A stretch of DNA of 64,000 bases from Candidatus Latescibacterota bacterium (GCA_965198115.1 OZ240241.1:2848001-2912000); one strand, 5' to 3'; counted from the stretch's first letter, positions 9,817 through 22,677 are shown. The notes: generated from the sequence alone by a model not told the origin. Made by a program: numbers and translations.

Positions 9817-11229
9817 TTAGAAGGTGCTGTCTTTTGTGGTAAACGGACACCACCGGGTCGTTTCCATCCACGCGAGCAACGCGTCGACGGCTTCCGGTGT
9901 CCGAACCCGGCTGAGCGCTGAGACGGCGTGGCCGCTAACGTATCGGTTATCGTCGTGCAGGGCGTTGACAAGAGCAGGGACAGCCTCGGCGGCTTCAGCG
10001 CCAAAGCGAGCGAGCGAATACGCGGCATTGTACCGAACCTGCGAGTCCTCGTCCGACAACGCCTTCGCGAGCGCGGGCACGGCCCTATCCGGAATGGACG
10101 CGATGGTCCCTAGAGCTTCAGCCGCGTGGTGTCGCACTCCCTCCGAACTGTCGGACAAAGCATTCACGAGCGCCGGAACCGCATCATCCGCTCGGGACCC
10201 CATATCCCCTAACGCAAAGGCTGCGTGCGATCGAACATCCTCTTCATTGTTCGCCAAAGCGGCAGTCAATCGCTCGACCGCTGGACGACCGACAACCCCG
10301 AGCCCGTAAGCGGCCATCCGACGCGTCTGTTCGTTGTCGCCCTCCAGCGCGTCACCCAGCGGGCTCACCGCCCTCTCGCCGGAACGGCCGAGTCCATACG
10401 CCGCGTTGATACGCTCTCGTTCCGAGTCGGATGACAACGCCGTAACGTCGACGTCGTCCCCAGGTCGCGAATCCCGCCCGCACAGCCAATCCCAGTGCTG
10501 AGACCAGACGACATCGTGATCCGAAAGACCGTTGTTTGAAGACTGCCACGCGTCATCCTCCGCATCCCACGATGGCGCTGTAGGCTCGCTCATCCGATGG
10601 AACTGGAACTTCATCATATAACGATTGTCACCCGTCTTGTTGGCTGTCGCCCGGTGCCAGATGTCAAAGTGCACGATGGCGATCGTTCCCGCCTCACCCA
10701 AAACGGGTTGTCCGATGTCATTCACCTCGTCGAGATTCTCATCATAGATGTGAGAGCCGGGGGCCACGCGTGTCGGTCCGTTGTCTGGATAAATCGCCTG
10801 GGGGTAGTAGAAGGCCATCGCCCAGCGCGGGTGATGGTAGCGAATCTTGTGATAGCCCCAGTAGCTGTCCTTGTGCCAGCGGCGATCGTCCGATTTCCCC
10901 TTCGTCAGGTGGCCGTGACGATGCACGTGCATCACGTGGTCGGCCCCGAGGATGCTGGAGAAGGCTCCGGTGACCGTCGGATGGTCGAACAGCCGCTGTA
11001 ATGCTGGGATACGTGGTAGAATGTTGTTCCCCGGATTGCCCTCCGCTTCGTAGACCTCCTCGCATCGTTCGTAGACTTCCTGGTGGAACCCATCCGGCAT
11101 ATCCACTTTCAAAACCACAAAGCCCTGAGTCACGAACTGACACATCTGCTCGTCATTCAACAGGCCACTCACATTCGACATCGATCGTCTCCATCCTTTG
11201 TTGGTCCTAGTGACTTCGAAATCCACCAT
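9817..11229 (-). CDS. PhyH-family dioxygenase fused to HEAT/PBS-lyase repeats
   Basis: WHKD and DIWHR Fe motifs; C-terminal AVPALVNALSD...VRHHAAEALG repeats; true start may be ~11181. Confidence 0.85.
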   Translation of the reverse strand: MVDFEVTRTNKGWRRSMSNVSGLLNDEQMCQFVTQGFVVLKVDMPDGFHQEVYERCEEVYEAEGNPGNNILPRIPALQRLFDHPTVTGAFSSILGADHVMHVHRHGHLTKGKSDDRRWHKDSYWGYHKIRYHHPRWAMAFYYPQAIYPDNGPTRVAPGSHIYDENLDEVNDIGQPVLGEAGTIAIVHFDIWHRATANKTGDNRYMMKFQFHRMSEPTAPSWDAEDDAWQSSNNGLSDHDVVWSQHWDWLCGRDSRPGDDVDVTALSSDSERERINAAYGLGRSGERAVSPLGDALEGDNEQTRRMAAYGLGVVGRPAVERLTAALANNEEDVRSHAAFALGDMGSRADDAVPALVNALSDSSEGVRHHAAEALGTIASIPDRAVPALAKALSDEDSQVRYNAAYSLARFGAEAAEAVPALVNALHDDNRYVSGHAVSALSRVRTPEAVDALLAWMETTRWCPFTTKDSTF

Positions 11230-11376
11230 AGAAAAACACCCCCTACACCACCCGTGTCAAGACCCCCATCGGGCTCGTCCGGCGATGGTGAGTCGAGTCT
11301 CTTACCCGGCGGTCTGCCAAAGCGGTGCAGCCGCAAGGGAGGACTCGCATGCACGCCCTTTCTCCCCCTCCGTTTC

Positions 11377-11405
11377 TTGACACCCCCAACCGAAAAGGGT
11401 AATTT
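11377..11405 (+). promoter_or_regulatory. Sigma70-type promoter of tRNA-Leu
   Basis: TTGACA-17 bp-TAATTT, 40 bp upstream of the tRNA. Confidence 0.65.
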
Positions 11406-11445
11406 CCCATCGCTTGGGAAGGTTTCCAAGCCCCGGATCGCCCGT

Positions 11446-11532
11446 GCCGAAGTGGTGGAACTGGTAGACGCGCTGCGTTCAGGGCGCAGTGTCCTTAGGG
11501 ACGTGGGGGTTCGAATCCCCCCTTCGGCACCA
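11446..11532 (+). tRNA. tRNA-Leu(CAG), canonical class II
   Basis: Cloverleaf, anticodon arm CTGCG-TTCAGGG-CGCAG, long V-arm, CCA. Confidence 0.95.
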
Positions 11533-11603
11533 GGAAAAAACAGCGGGTTACGTCAATTTGGCGTGACCCGTTTTCTTTTCTGATGAAACTCTCTACCATT
11601 CCG

Positions 11604-12977
11604 GAGTTCAGGTCAATAGGTGTGTAAAAGAAATCAGGCGGCCATCTTCCCGGCTTCGACCTGCGGTCCGGTTGAGTGTTTCTGATCGTAGACTTGTTGT
11701 AGCAAGTGTGGCGCGGTGAGTTTCCTGAATCGGCTCTCTGCGACCTTGAGCGTACGCCAGATGAGAGCCGTGGCGTTCCTGACTTTCTTGAATCGCCTGG
11801 CGGCGTTTGTGCGAAGCCGAACGGAAGCAAAGGGGCTCTCGACGACGTTCGTGGTTCTCAGGTGTTTCCAGTGTTCCTTCGGGAAGTCGTAGAACGTGAC
11901 CATCCGATCCCAGTCTCTTTCGAGCGTCTCCACGGCGGCAGGGAACTGTGAGCGATACCGTGCGGCAAAGCGTTTCCGGAGCTTCTCGGCCTCCTTTTTC
12001 GTGCCGGCATAGGGGATCTGGACGAGCAGTGCGCGGGCTTCAGCCTGTGCACGCTTGGCGACCTTGTCGAGCACGTTGAGGATCTTGTGGTTCCAGCACC
12101 GTTGTTGCCGGCTCTCTGGCCAGACCTGATCAACGGCCGCCCAGATGCCCATATTCCCGTCCGCGGCGATCAGGACAGGATGTTCGAGCCCGCGATCCCG
12201 GAGATCCCGGAGCACCGTGAGCCAGGATTCTGTAGACTCTCGATAACCGGGTTCTATCGCCAGGATCTCCTTGCTGCCGTCGCTCATCGCGCCGATCACG
12301 ACCAGCAGACACGCCTTCTCGCGCTCGAGCCCGGCTTTGACGTAGATGCCATCAGCCCAGGCGTAGACCAGTTCGCGATTATCCAGACGCCTTTCTTTCC
12401 AGTCCTGGAAGTCGACCTCCCACTTCCCTCGAAGACGAGCGATCGAGGTCGGCGAAAGCGGCGCGCCATCACCGAGCAGCGCACGCAAAGACAACTCGAA
12501 GTCGCCCTGGGAGAGACCGTGGAGATAAAGGTCGGGAAGCAGATCTCCAATGGCCCTGGTTCTCCGGGCGAACAGGGGGAGGATGCGGCTTTCAAACCGC
12601 TCTTCCAGACCACGAACCCGGGGACGCCGGACCTTGATCGTTCCGCAGCTCGTCGAGAGACGCCGGGGCTTGCCGTAGCCGTTCCTGTAGCCCCTGGAGC
12701 TATCGACCTCGGCTCGGCGCTCATACCACGACCGGCCCAAGAACGCGGTCGCCTCCTCCTCCAGAATGGACTGGAACCGGCCCTGGATCTCTTCACGGAT
12801 CCAATCGTCAACCGTCTCCCACGTCGGCATGGACTTCAATGGGGCTCTATGCGTATGTTCCTTCACGGCGATCCTCCTTCCCAACCGGGCCTCTCACCCG
12901 GTTTTGTGTGAATCAACTATCTCACGGGAAGGGTAGGGTCGCCCTTTCTCTTTTTCCACACCTTTTGATTATAGCTC
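11604..12977 (-). mobile_element. IS256-family element type A, copy 1 (transposase 11634..12884)
   Basis: Mutator DDE transposase; imperfect TIRs GAGTTCAGGTCAATAGGTGTG / GAGCTATAATCAAAAGGTGTG; 8-bp TSD CCATTCCG. Confidence 0.95.
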
Positions 12978-13176
12978 CCATTCCGCGTACTATGCTTCTT
13001 GACGTTACTCGTTATCGGTAAACAGGGACCGATCGGAGCCGTGAACGCTGATGGAAGATTCCAGTGAAGGGAGCGGGGAATGATCGAGGTCGGTTCGAAG
13101 CGACAGCTCTTCTTGGATGACTACATCATTGGTCGGATGGACAACGTCAGCCGGGTGCTTCACCAGCCTGAAAAAC

Positions 13177-14596
13177 GGCTCTATCCGGGTTTCTCAACGG
13201 TGAAACTATAGAATGACAAGGTCATAGATCGTTCCCTACGCTTGGTTGTGTGTGTAGGACAATCAAAGCGAAGGGGGTGCGACCTATGACCGGGAGCAGA
13301 TTACTATCGAAACTGCTGAGATTCAAGGGGTTCCGTGTTGTCAGCTGGTGGTTTGAGAGGAGAAGCTGTTTCGTCATCGCCGTAAAGCCACATAAGAATG
13401 GTTGTTGTTGTCCGGAGTGCGGCCGTCGAGGTAAAATCGTCCGCACAATGCCCCATCCGCGTCGGTGGCGTGACATTCCGGTGTGCGGGTGGAGGGTCTG
13501 GCTTCTCTACCATCCTCGGGAGATTCGGTGTCCTACCCACGGTCGTGTGGTCGAGGAGATTCCGTGGGCGGAGCGGTTCTCTCGGGTGACGTATCGCTTC
13601 GAGTATGCCATGCTGCGCTACTGCCAGACCATGACGCAGAAGGCGGCGTCCGAGTTGCTGCGCATCTCTGCCTCGACGCTGTCGGATCTCCTTCACCGAT
13701 CCATCACGCGGCTTCGTGAAGGTCATCGTATCCGAGGGCTCAAAACCATCGGGATCGACGAGATCTCCTACGCCAAGCGTCACAGGTACGCCACGCTCGT
13801 TTACGATCTGGACCGCTCCTGCGTGGTGTGGGTTGGCCGCGGCAGGGCGCGTAAAACGATCGATCGGTTCTTCACAGAGGCTCTCAGTCCCTACCGGAGA
13901 TCCAAGATCGAGTGGGCCTGCTGCGACATGAGCGAAGCTTACATCGGAGCCATCCAGGAACACTGTCCGAATGCCAAGCTGGTCCTCGATCGCTTTCACA
14001 TCGTCAAGGCTCTCAATGCCGCCGTTGACGAGGTCCGTAAGGACCAGTGGCGTAAAGCTGCCCCGGATGAGCGCAAAGCCATGAAGGGCCTCCGATGGCT
14101 CCTCTACCGGCACTCAGCGACACGCTCCAGAGGGGATACTCGGACACTCAAAGCACTGGAGAAGGCGAACTACCGAATCTATAGAGCCTGGAGACTCAAG
14201 GACGAGTTCGAGCAGTTCTGGGAATACAAAGCGCCCTGGGCTGCCGAACGCTTCCTGAAATGCTGGACGACGTCCGCACTCAGAAGTCGACTTGAACCCC
14301 TGCGAAAGTTCGTCAGGACCCTGCGACAGCACTTCTTCGGCGTCCTCGCATTCGTGAACACGCGTCTTACCAACGCCATCGCCAAAGGCCTCAACCGAAT
14401 CGTCCAAATCGTCAAGAACCGAGCCAGCGGATTCCGCACACTCGACGCATTCAACGATATGATCTTCCTTACCGTCGGAGACATAAACATCCCTGAGCAG
14501 ATTCCGAAGAGGTTCCGCACACTCTAACCGCGCCCCCATGCCAGGAACCACGGCACCTTCACCCACTTCATCTCGTTGAGAGATCCGGATATAGCC
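13177..14596 (+). mobile_element. ISL3-family element copy 1 (transposase 13250..14527)
   Basis: Zn finger CPECG, GIDE, DRFH motifs; TIR GGCTCTATCCGG / GGCTATATCCGG; 8-bp TSD TGAAAAAC. Confidence 0.95.
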
Positions 14597-15875
14597 TGAA
14601 AAACACCCTGAGAATCCAGTCCTGGTTCCAGAGCATCCCTGGGAAGGAACGGGCGCCTCTCCTCATATGGTGATCTACGATGAGGAGGAAGAACTGTATA
14701 AGCTTTGGTACACCAGCTTCAAGGTACACGATTCCCTGCCCGGGTTTGAGGATCTTGAGAAAGTCGAGGGGATTCACGGAAAGAATTCGGTGGAACTGCC
14801 CGGGCTGGATATCCGCCAGGCGAAGGGCGGACCTTTGAACGTCTATTCCCACTGCTATGCAACCTCAAAGGACGGCGTGCATTTCGAGAAACCGCAACTC
14901 GGTCTGGCACCCTTTCCCGGATCGGACGAGAAGACGAACCTGTGCCCGCGGAAGCCTGCCCTGCATGATCCAGATCCTCAGAGGCGGTTCAAGGCGGTGA
15001 TTGGCACGGGAGACCGATCAGAGCGTATGGGAATTTCCTGGTCGTCCGATGGGCTTCGTTGGACAGATCACGCGAACAATCCGGTTCTCGACAAGGGTCT
15101 TGGCGCCGGTCGGGTGATCTGGGAGGAGAAACTCAGCCAGTATGTCGGATACTTTAGGCCAATGCCCTGGTTGGTCTACCCCGAGCGGGGACCAAAAGGG
15201 ATTCGCGTTCTGGGCCGATGCACGAGTCCCGATTTTGTCCAGTGGACGTTGCCTCAGGATGACGTCGTGCTTGCGCCAGATGAGCAGGATGATATGGGCA
15301 TCGAATTCTACAACATGCCTTTCTTCAATTACGAGGGTTGCTACATTGGATTCCTCTGGATTTACTACAACTATTCACAGACGGGGAATTCGGACCCGGA
15401 AAGCGGGGGCAGGCCCTTCGACGCAGAAGGTCTGGACAAGCTGATGGACTCGCAGCTGGTCTTCAGCCGGGATGGTCACGAGTGGACGCGGGTATGCGAC
15501 CGGCAGCTGTTTATGGCCTGCGGGAAGCCTGGTACCTGGGACGAAATGGAGGTCCATCCGTCAGGCATGATCGAGCGGGACGGCGAGTTGAAGATCTACT
15601 ACTCAGGAAAAGTCAGGGGTCACGGGCAGCGCCTGTCACGCGTGACCGATACAATCGTTGAAGGTCGTGACGTCGTGGGCGCAGTCGGATTGGCCACACT
15701 GCGCCTGGACGGATTCGTGTCCGTGAATGCCGGGGAGGCTGGCGGGGAGCTAATGACGCGGCCGTTCGATCCAGGTAAGGGAAAAAAGGTGTTCATCAAT
15801 ACGAATGCTTCGAAGGGAAGTGTGGCGGTAGAAGTGCTGGACCCGTATGCGGAACCATTGGAGGGATTCACACGC

Positions 15876-17249
15876 GAGCTATAATCAAAAGGTGTGGAAA
15901 AAGAGAAAGGGCGACCCTACCCTTCCCGTGAGATAGTTGATTCACACAAAACCGGGTGAGAGGCCCGGTTGGGAAGGAGGATCGCCGTGAAGGAACATAC
16001 GCATAGAGCCCCATTGAAGTCCATGCCGACGTGGGAGACGGTTGACGATTGGATCCGTGAAGAGATCCAGGGCCGGTTCCAGTCCATTCTGGAGGAGGAG
16101 GCGACCGCGTTCTTGGGCCGGTCGTGGTATGAGCGCCGAGCCGAGGTCGATAGCTCCAGGGGCTACAGGAACGGCTACGGCAAGCCCCGGCGTCTCTCGA
16201 CGAGCTGCGGAACGATCAAGGTCCGGCGTCCCCGGGTTCGTGGTCTGGAAGAGCGGTTTGAAAGCCGCATCCTCCCCCTGTTCGCCCGGAGAACCAGGGC
16301 CATTGGAGATCTGCTTCCCGACCTTTATCTCCACGGTCTCTCCCAGGGCGACTTCGAGTTGTCTTTGCGTGCGCTGCTCGGTGATGGCGCGCCGCTTTCG
16401 CCGACCTCGATCGCTCGTCTTCGAGGGAAGTGGGAGGTCGACTTCCAGGACTGGAAAGAAAGGCGTCTGGATAATCGCGAACTGGTCTACGCCTGGGCTG
16501 ATGGCATCTACGTCAAAGCCGGGCTCGAGCGCGAGAAGGCGTGTCTGCTGGTCGTGATCGGCGCGATGAGCGACGGCAGCAAGGAGATCCTGGCGATAGA
16601 ACCCGGTTATCGAGAGTCTACAGAATCCTGGCTCACGGTGCTCCGGGATCTCCGGGATCGCGGGCTCGAACATCCTGTCCTGATCGCCGCGGACGGGAAT
16701 ATGGGCATCTGGGCGGCCGTTGATCAGGTCTGGCCAGAGAGCCGGCAACAACGGTGCTGGAACCACAAGATCCTCAACGTGCTCGACAAGGTCGCCAAGC
16801 GTGCACAGGCTGAAGCCCGCGCACTGCTCGTCCAGATCCCCTATGCCGGCACGAAAAAGGAGGCCGAGAAGCTCCGGAAACGCTTTGCCGCACGGTATCG
16901 CTCACAGTTCCCTGCCGCCGTGGAGACGCTCGAAAGAGACTGGGATCGGATGGTCACGTTCTACGACTTCCCGAAGGAACACTGGAAACACCTGAGAACC
17001 ACGAACGTCGTCGAGAGCCCCTTTGCTTCCGTTCGGCTTCGCACAAACGCCGCCAGGCGATTCAAGAAAGTCAGGAACGCCACGACTCTCATCTGGCGTA
17101 CGCTCAAGGTCGCAGAGAGCCGATTCAGGAAACTCACCGCGCCACACTTGCTACAACAAGTCTACGATCAGAAACACTCAACCGGACCGCAGGTCGAAAC
17201 CGGGAAGATGGCCGCCTGATTTCTTTTACACACCTATTGACCTGAGCTC
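15876..17249 (+). mobile_element. IS256-family type A copy 2 (transposase 15969..17219)
   Basis: Near-identical to copy 1; 9-bp TSD TTCACACGC. Confidence 0.95.
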
Positions 17250-17349
17250 TTCACACGCAAAGATGCAATTCTATTCTCTGGAGATTCAATCGAACACGAG
17301 GTTGGATGGAGAGAGAAAGCCACCTTAGAAGGACTGAATGGGTCCGCAA

Positions 17350-18731
17350 GGTGTTGTGCCTATCGTAGTTGAAACTTAGAGGGCTCCAAACTTACGTTGG
17401 GTAGACGTGTAGGAGCGTATACCCGTAAGAAAGGAGCCCAGATGGAGAAGCTATTTGTAGGCGATGGTGAAGTCAAGGTTGAGGGCGATGTCATCGATTT
17501 GGAGACGCGTTTGTCGGTGATCCAGGCGTTGATCCCGTTGGGTCTGGAGGCAGTGGCAGACCTCCTCCAGCAGGAGGTCGAGCAGCTCGCAGGCGTTCGG
17601 TATGCGCGCAAAGGTTCGGAGCAGGCGCATCGTCGGTGGGAAGCCAGAAGGGATCCGTGTATCTGATGGACCAGAAGCTCCCGTTAGACGTTCCCCGGGT
17701 GCGCGACGTCGAGGCCGACGCAGAGGTTTCCCTGGCTGCATACCGGGCTCTACAGACGCCCAAGAAGACGGACGAGGGGCTGTTGCTTCGTGTTCTCAAG
17801 GGGATCTCGTGCCGCAACTACAAGGCCTGTGCCGAATCGGTTCCAGAAGCGTTTGGTATCTCAGCGTCCTCCGTCTCGCGGCGGTTCATCAAAGCCACCG
17901 CGAAGAAGCTGAAGCAGTTCCAGGAGCGTCCCCTCGACGACTACGGCTTCGTGACCCTCTTCATTGACGGAAAGAGCTTTGCCGACGAAGAGATCGTGAT
18001 CGCTCCGGGGGTCACGATGGACGGCCAGAAGATCCCCCTGGGCTTCGTCGAATCGGCGACGGAGAACGAACGGATCTGCCGCCAGCTGATCCAGGACCTC
18101 ATCTGGAGAGGCCTGTGCTACGACCAGGCCTTCTCGTTGTGCTCGACGGCTCAAAGGGGCTCCGCAGTGCCGTCACCAAAGCCCTCAAAGGGTATGTGCG
18201 CGTTCATCGCTGCCAGTGGCACAAGCGCGAGAATGTCGTCAGCTATCTCCCGGAGAGGGAACGTCCGCGAATCCGACGGAAGCTCCAGAAAGCCTATGAC
18301 TGCGACACCTACGAGGAGGCAAAGGCCGCACTCGAATCACTTAAACCCGAACTGAAGCTGATGAATCAGTCTGCCGTAACGAGCCTCGAGGAAGGCCTGG
18401 AAACCCTGACCCTCCACCGGCTGGGGATGCTCCCGTTCCTGAAACGAAGCTTCCGAACCACCAACTGCATCGAAGCCCTCAACAGCATGACCGGCGAGCT
18501 CACTCGGAAGGTCAACCGCTGGAACAACTCTCCCCAGAGACACAGATGGGTGGCTGCCGCACTCCTCGACATCGAACCTCGCCTGAGACGCGTGAGCAGA
18601 TACAAACATCTTCCCCTACTCAGGCAAGCACTGAACAAAGATCTGAATCTCGACAACGAACAGAATGCTCAAAAGAGAGCCTGACCAAACTACGGGGCCC
18701 GATGAGTTTCAACTGACTATGGGACTTGACC
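17350..18731 (+). mobile_element. IS256-family type B copy 1, frameshifted transposase
   Basis: TIRs GGTGTTGTGCCTATCGTAGTTGAAA / GGTCAAGTCCCATAGTCAGTTGAAA; 9-bp TSD GGTCCGCAA; lacks single bases in homopolymers relative to copies 2 and 3. Confidence 0.9.
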
Positions 18732-18944
18732 GGTCCGCAATCCGGCTTCGGTTTGTGATGAGAAACGCTGAACTTTATTCTTTTAGAATTGGATCTTGAA
18801 TGGTAACGACTTACCCACGAGCGGAGTGTAGTGGGCGTGCCCGGAAGAGGCAAATGAGATCCGAGAAAGTACGTGAGGCGGCCAAGGTGCGGTGGGGGCT
18901 CGTAGAAGGAGCTCGCGCGTCACCGAGCCTAAGAGGTATTTGAA

Positions 18945-20206
18945 ATGAACATCGATGAATTGCACGCAAAAGTTGCCTGTCTCGAGCGAGAACTGCGAGA
19001 GACTCGCGACCAACTCTCGCAGGCAACCCACGACCCCGAGACCGTCACGGCCGAACTCGCTCGCACTCGTGCGTTTGCGTTCAACGCCACAACGGATCCG
19101 GTCAAAGACACCATCGAAGGATGTGTCGACGCCATCAGTCGACACGGGTTCTGCGTCATCGACAACGTCATTCCCGCCAATGAAGTGGACGCCATCCGCG
19201 ATGAAACCGTAGCCGCGAAGTCAAAACAGACCCGGAATATTCAGGCCGTCAAGGACCTGTCCGATCAGAAGGGATTGATGGATGCGGACTTGCTCAACCA
19301 GGCCTCGGCCGATGGCCTGGAGCTGAGGCCTGTGCGCCGATCCGGTCACCCACCCAAACCACCGAACGACATCATATGGATGCCGCAATACGCCCAGCAT
19401 CTGGCCAACCCGGTCGTGACGGCAGTCGCGCGCCGCATCCTCGACGATCATCTCCGGATCGCTCAGCTGCATCCCCGGATCATCGAGTCCGACAGGCCGG
19501 GTGCCACATCAGGGGGATCTGGATCGATCAAGGTGCACGGGCGAGCCGGTATGCGGGGATGGCACACGGACTGGCCTCACGATTTGTCGGCTTACGGCAG
19601 AGCCGATCCGAACGTGAACGCCGGGTGCGTTCGTCAGCCTTTTCCCGACGTGACCCTGTGTCTGGTGATGATCTGGTATCTCACAGACGTGGACGCCGAT
19701 TCGGGCGGCACGTGGGTCGTGCCGGGATCGCACAGGGACCCTCGCAACCCTCGCGGGCCGGCCGACAGAATGGTGGTCACGGCGCCGATCCCCGGAGAGA
19801 TGCAAGTCGCCGCGCCAGCGGGATCGGTCTATATCCAGGATTCACGGTGCTGGCACTCCGCCGCGATGCACAATCCCAGCGACCGGGCGCGGGTTGCCGT
19901 GGTTACCCGCTGGTGCCCCTGGTGGGTGTCGGTCGACGACTTCGCTCCGGGCGACAAATACAATGTCAATATGGTCTGCCGGCCTCTATCGCACGCGGAG
20001 TATCTGGACCTACCTGCCGACCTGCAGCCGTTGCTGCGGCACGTCTGTCCCGAGGAGCGGGATACGCTGCAGCAACCTGTGCTGGACCGCGCCAAGGCGG
20101 CTGGTATGCGTACTCGGGAAGGGTTCCGCCAATTGGAGAAAACGCAGACGGCTTGGCGAATGCGAACGACCACGTCCGAGTACCGGTGGATCGCCTGAGC
20201 GATTGA
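18945..20206 (+). CDS. PhyH-family dioxygenase with N-terminal coiled coil; possible frameshift near 20140
   Basis: GWHTDWPHD, GGTWVVPGSH, DSRCWHSA motifs. Confidence 0.85.
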
Positions 20207-20274
20207 ACGGTGGGTCACATCTGAGGGTGCCGTACTTCCACGTTGAGCCTGGCGAAACGTCCCCGAAATGAAAA

Positions 20275-21695
20275 GGCTATATCCGGATCTCTCAACGAGA
20301 TGAAGTGGGTGAAGGTGCCGTGGTTCCTGGCATGGGGGCGCGGTTAGCGTGTGCGGAACCTCTTCGGAATCTGCTCAGGGATGTTTATGTCTCCGACGGT
20401 AAGGAAGATCATATCGTTGAATGCGTCGAGTGTGCGGAATCCGCTGGCTCGGTTCTTGACGATTTGGACGATTCGGTTGAGGCCTTCGGCGATGGCGTTG
20501 GTAAGACGCGTGTTCACGAATGCGAGGACGCCGAAGAAGTGCTGTCGCAGGGTCCTGACGAACTTTCGCAGGGGTTCACGTCGACTTCTGAGTGCGGACG
20601 TCGTCCAGCATTTCAGGAAGCGTTCGGCAGCCCAGGGCGCTTTGTATTCCCAGAACTGCTCGAACTCGTCCTTGAGTCTCCAGGCTCTATAGATTCGGTA
20701 GTTCGCCTTCTCCAGTGCTTTGAGTGTCCGAGTATCCCCTCTGGAGCGTGTCGCTGAGTGCCGGTAGAGGAGCCATCGGAGGCCCTTCATGGCTTTGCGC
20801 TCATCCGGGGCAGCTTTACGCCACTGGTCCTTACGGACCTCGTCAACGGCGGCATTGAGAGCCTTGACGATGTGAAAGCGATCGAGGACCAGCTTGGCAT
20901 TCGGACAGTGTTCCTGGATGGCTCCGATGTAAGCTTCGCTCATGTCGCAGCAGGCCCACTCGATCTTGGATCTCTGGTAGGGACTGAGAGCCTCTGTGAA
21001 GAACCGATCGATCGTTTTACGCGCCCTGCCGCGGCCAACCCACACCCACGCAGGAGCGGTCCAGATCGTAAACGAGCGTGGCGTACCTGTGACGCTTGGC
21101 GTAGGAGATCTCGTCGATCCCGATGGTTTTGAGCCCTCGGATACGATGACCTTCACGAAGCCGCGTGATGGATCGGTGAAGGAGATCCGACAGCGTCGAG
21201 GCAGAGATGCGCAGCAACTCGGACGCCGCCTTCTGCGTCATGGTCTGGCAGTAGCGCAGCATGGCATACTCGAAGCGATACGTCACCCGAGAGAACCGCT
21301 CCGCCCACGGAATCTCCTCGACCACACGACCGTGGGTAGGACACCGAATCTCCCGAGGATGGTAGAGAAGCCAGACCCTCCACCCGCACACCGGAATGTC
21401 ACGCCACCGACGCAGATGGGGCATTGTGCGGACGATTTTACCTCGACGGCCGCACTCCGGACAACAACAACCATTCTTATGTGGCTTTACGGCGATGACG
21501 AAGCAGCTTCTCCCCTCAAACCACCAGCTGACAACACGGAACCCCTTGAATCTCAGCAGTTTCGATAGTAATCTGCTCCCGGTCATAGGTCGCACCCCCT
21601 TCGCTTTGATTGTCCTACACACACAACCAAGCGTAGGGAACGATCTATGACCTTGTCATTCTATAGTTTCACCGTTGAGAAACCCGGATAGAGCC
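20275..21695 (-). mobile_element. ISL3-family element copy 2, frameshift at ~21046
   Basis: Inverted near-identical copy of 13177-14596; 8-bp TSD AATGAAAA. Confidence 0.95.
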
Positions 21696-21814
21696 AATGA
21701 AAAAGGGTTACGGCTGTGAGCACGTAACCCCTCTGAATTCTTCTTTAGATAGCCGGATGTTCGGTGACCTCGCAGAGCGTCTTGCATCAGGGAGACGCAC
21801 TCGCCCAGATCGAC

Positions 21815-22327
21815 TCAGCCTTCGGTGCCTCCATCGCCCTGGTCTTGCAACTCACCAGCTTCCAAGATTCTGCCACGTTCCTGATAATTTGAAACGAGCT
21901 CTTCGATCGTGCTGTGGAGCGTGCATCCGGAATGGTCCTCGGAACCGCTCTCCTTCTCGAATGCCACGAATAGTGCTCCGAAATCCGGGCTGGTGATGTC
22001 ATACACCAGGATCGGGTTATACCGGCTGTCACGTATCGCCCTTCTGTAATACTCATCTCTGAACAAACGGAACTCGGCAGGCCTCGGCTCCTCGTCACCC
22101 ATCAGTTCCAAGTATCTTTCGGATTCGATCTTGGAGCGAATGTAGCCAGGAACGAAGAATTCAGGACGAGGAGCGTCGAGAAAATAGAGGGTCTGAACGA
22201 GTCCACCGTCCCCATCGCTACGGGGTCCGAATCCGATGCGCGCCAGCGCAGTCAGTCCGACGTCCGGGTCGATCTCCTTCTCGTGCTGCTCGAAAAACAG
22301 CTCATAGATGTCCGGGGGTTGATTCAT
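21815..22327 (-). CDS. Hypothetical acidic protein downstream of the tRNA array
   Basis: 170-aa ORF; no recognised motif. Confidence 0.55.
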   Translation of the reverse strand: MNQPPDIYELFFEQHEKEIDPDVGLTALARIGFGPRSDGDGGLVQTLYFLDAPRPEFFVPGYIRSKIESERYLELMGDEEPRPAEFRLFRDEYYRRAIRDSRYNPILVYDITSPDFGALFVAFEKESGSEDHSGCTLHSTIEELVSNYQERGRILEAGELQDQGDGGTEG

Positions 22328-22482
22328 TCACGATTCCCTACGCGTCGATGGTCTACTCGTTTGCGCCGCGAAGATAGTCTATCCAAATATGCGGCCGCCG
22401 TCGAGGCCGTCGTAGGTGTTTCGAGCTCGGGGGACGAATTAACCGACAACGCAAAACCCGACAGACAACCCAGGGCTCGCCG

Positions 22483-22525
22483 AAGAAAAGACCAACGGGC
22501 CACACAAATTCTGTGCAGCCCGTTG
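22483..22525 (-). terminator. Intrinsic terminator closing the tRNA array
   Basis: Minus strand CAACGGGC...GCCCGTTG followed by GTCTTTTCTT. Confidence 0.6.
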
Positions 22526-22557
22526 TCATTCCAGCAGCCCAAGACAGAGGGCATGAT

Positions 22558-22641
22558 TGGTGGGGCGCTACGGAATCGAACCGCCTATCCGAAAGGCACG
22601 AGGGTTACAACCTCGCTCTCATCCCACTGAGTAGACGCCCC
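22558..22641 (-). tRNA. tRNA-Tyr(GTA)
   Basis: CGAGG-TTGTAAC-CCTCG, V-arm, CCA; C at position 8. Confidence 0.8.
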
Positions 22642-22677
22642 TATGTTGGGATCGACCCTTGCGGGCCAACCGATGAT

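Larger units (their letters stand above)
13080..18799 (+). pseudogene. Beta-propeller glycoside-hydrolase-like gene (GH32/43/130 clan) split by three ISs
   Basis: Segments 13080-13176, 14605-15875, 17259-17349 and 18741-18799 join in frame after removing ISs and duplicated targets (MIEVGSKRQLFLDDY...KHPENPVL...LATLRLDGFVS...IRLRFVMRNAELYSF). Confidence 0.85.

Noticed and set aside
13177-21695. Composite transposon bounded by inverted ISL3 copies
   Set aside because: Each copy has its own complete TSD (TGAAAAAC; AATGAAAA), so they are independent insertions.
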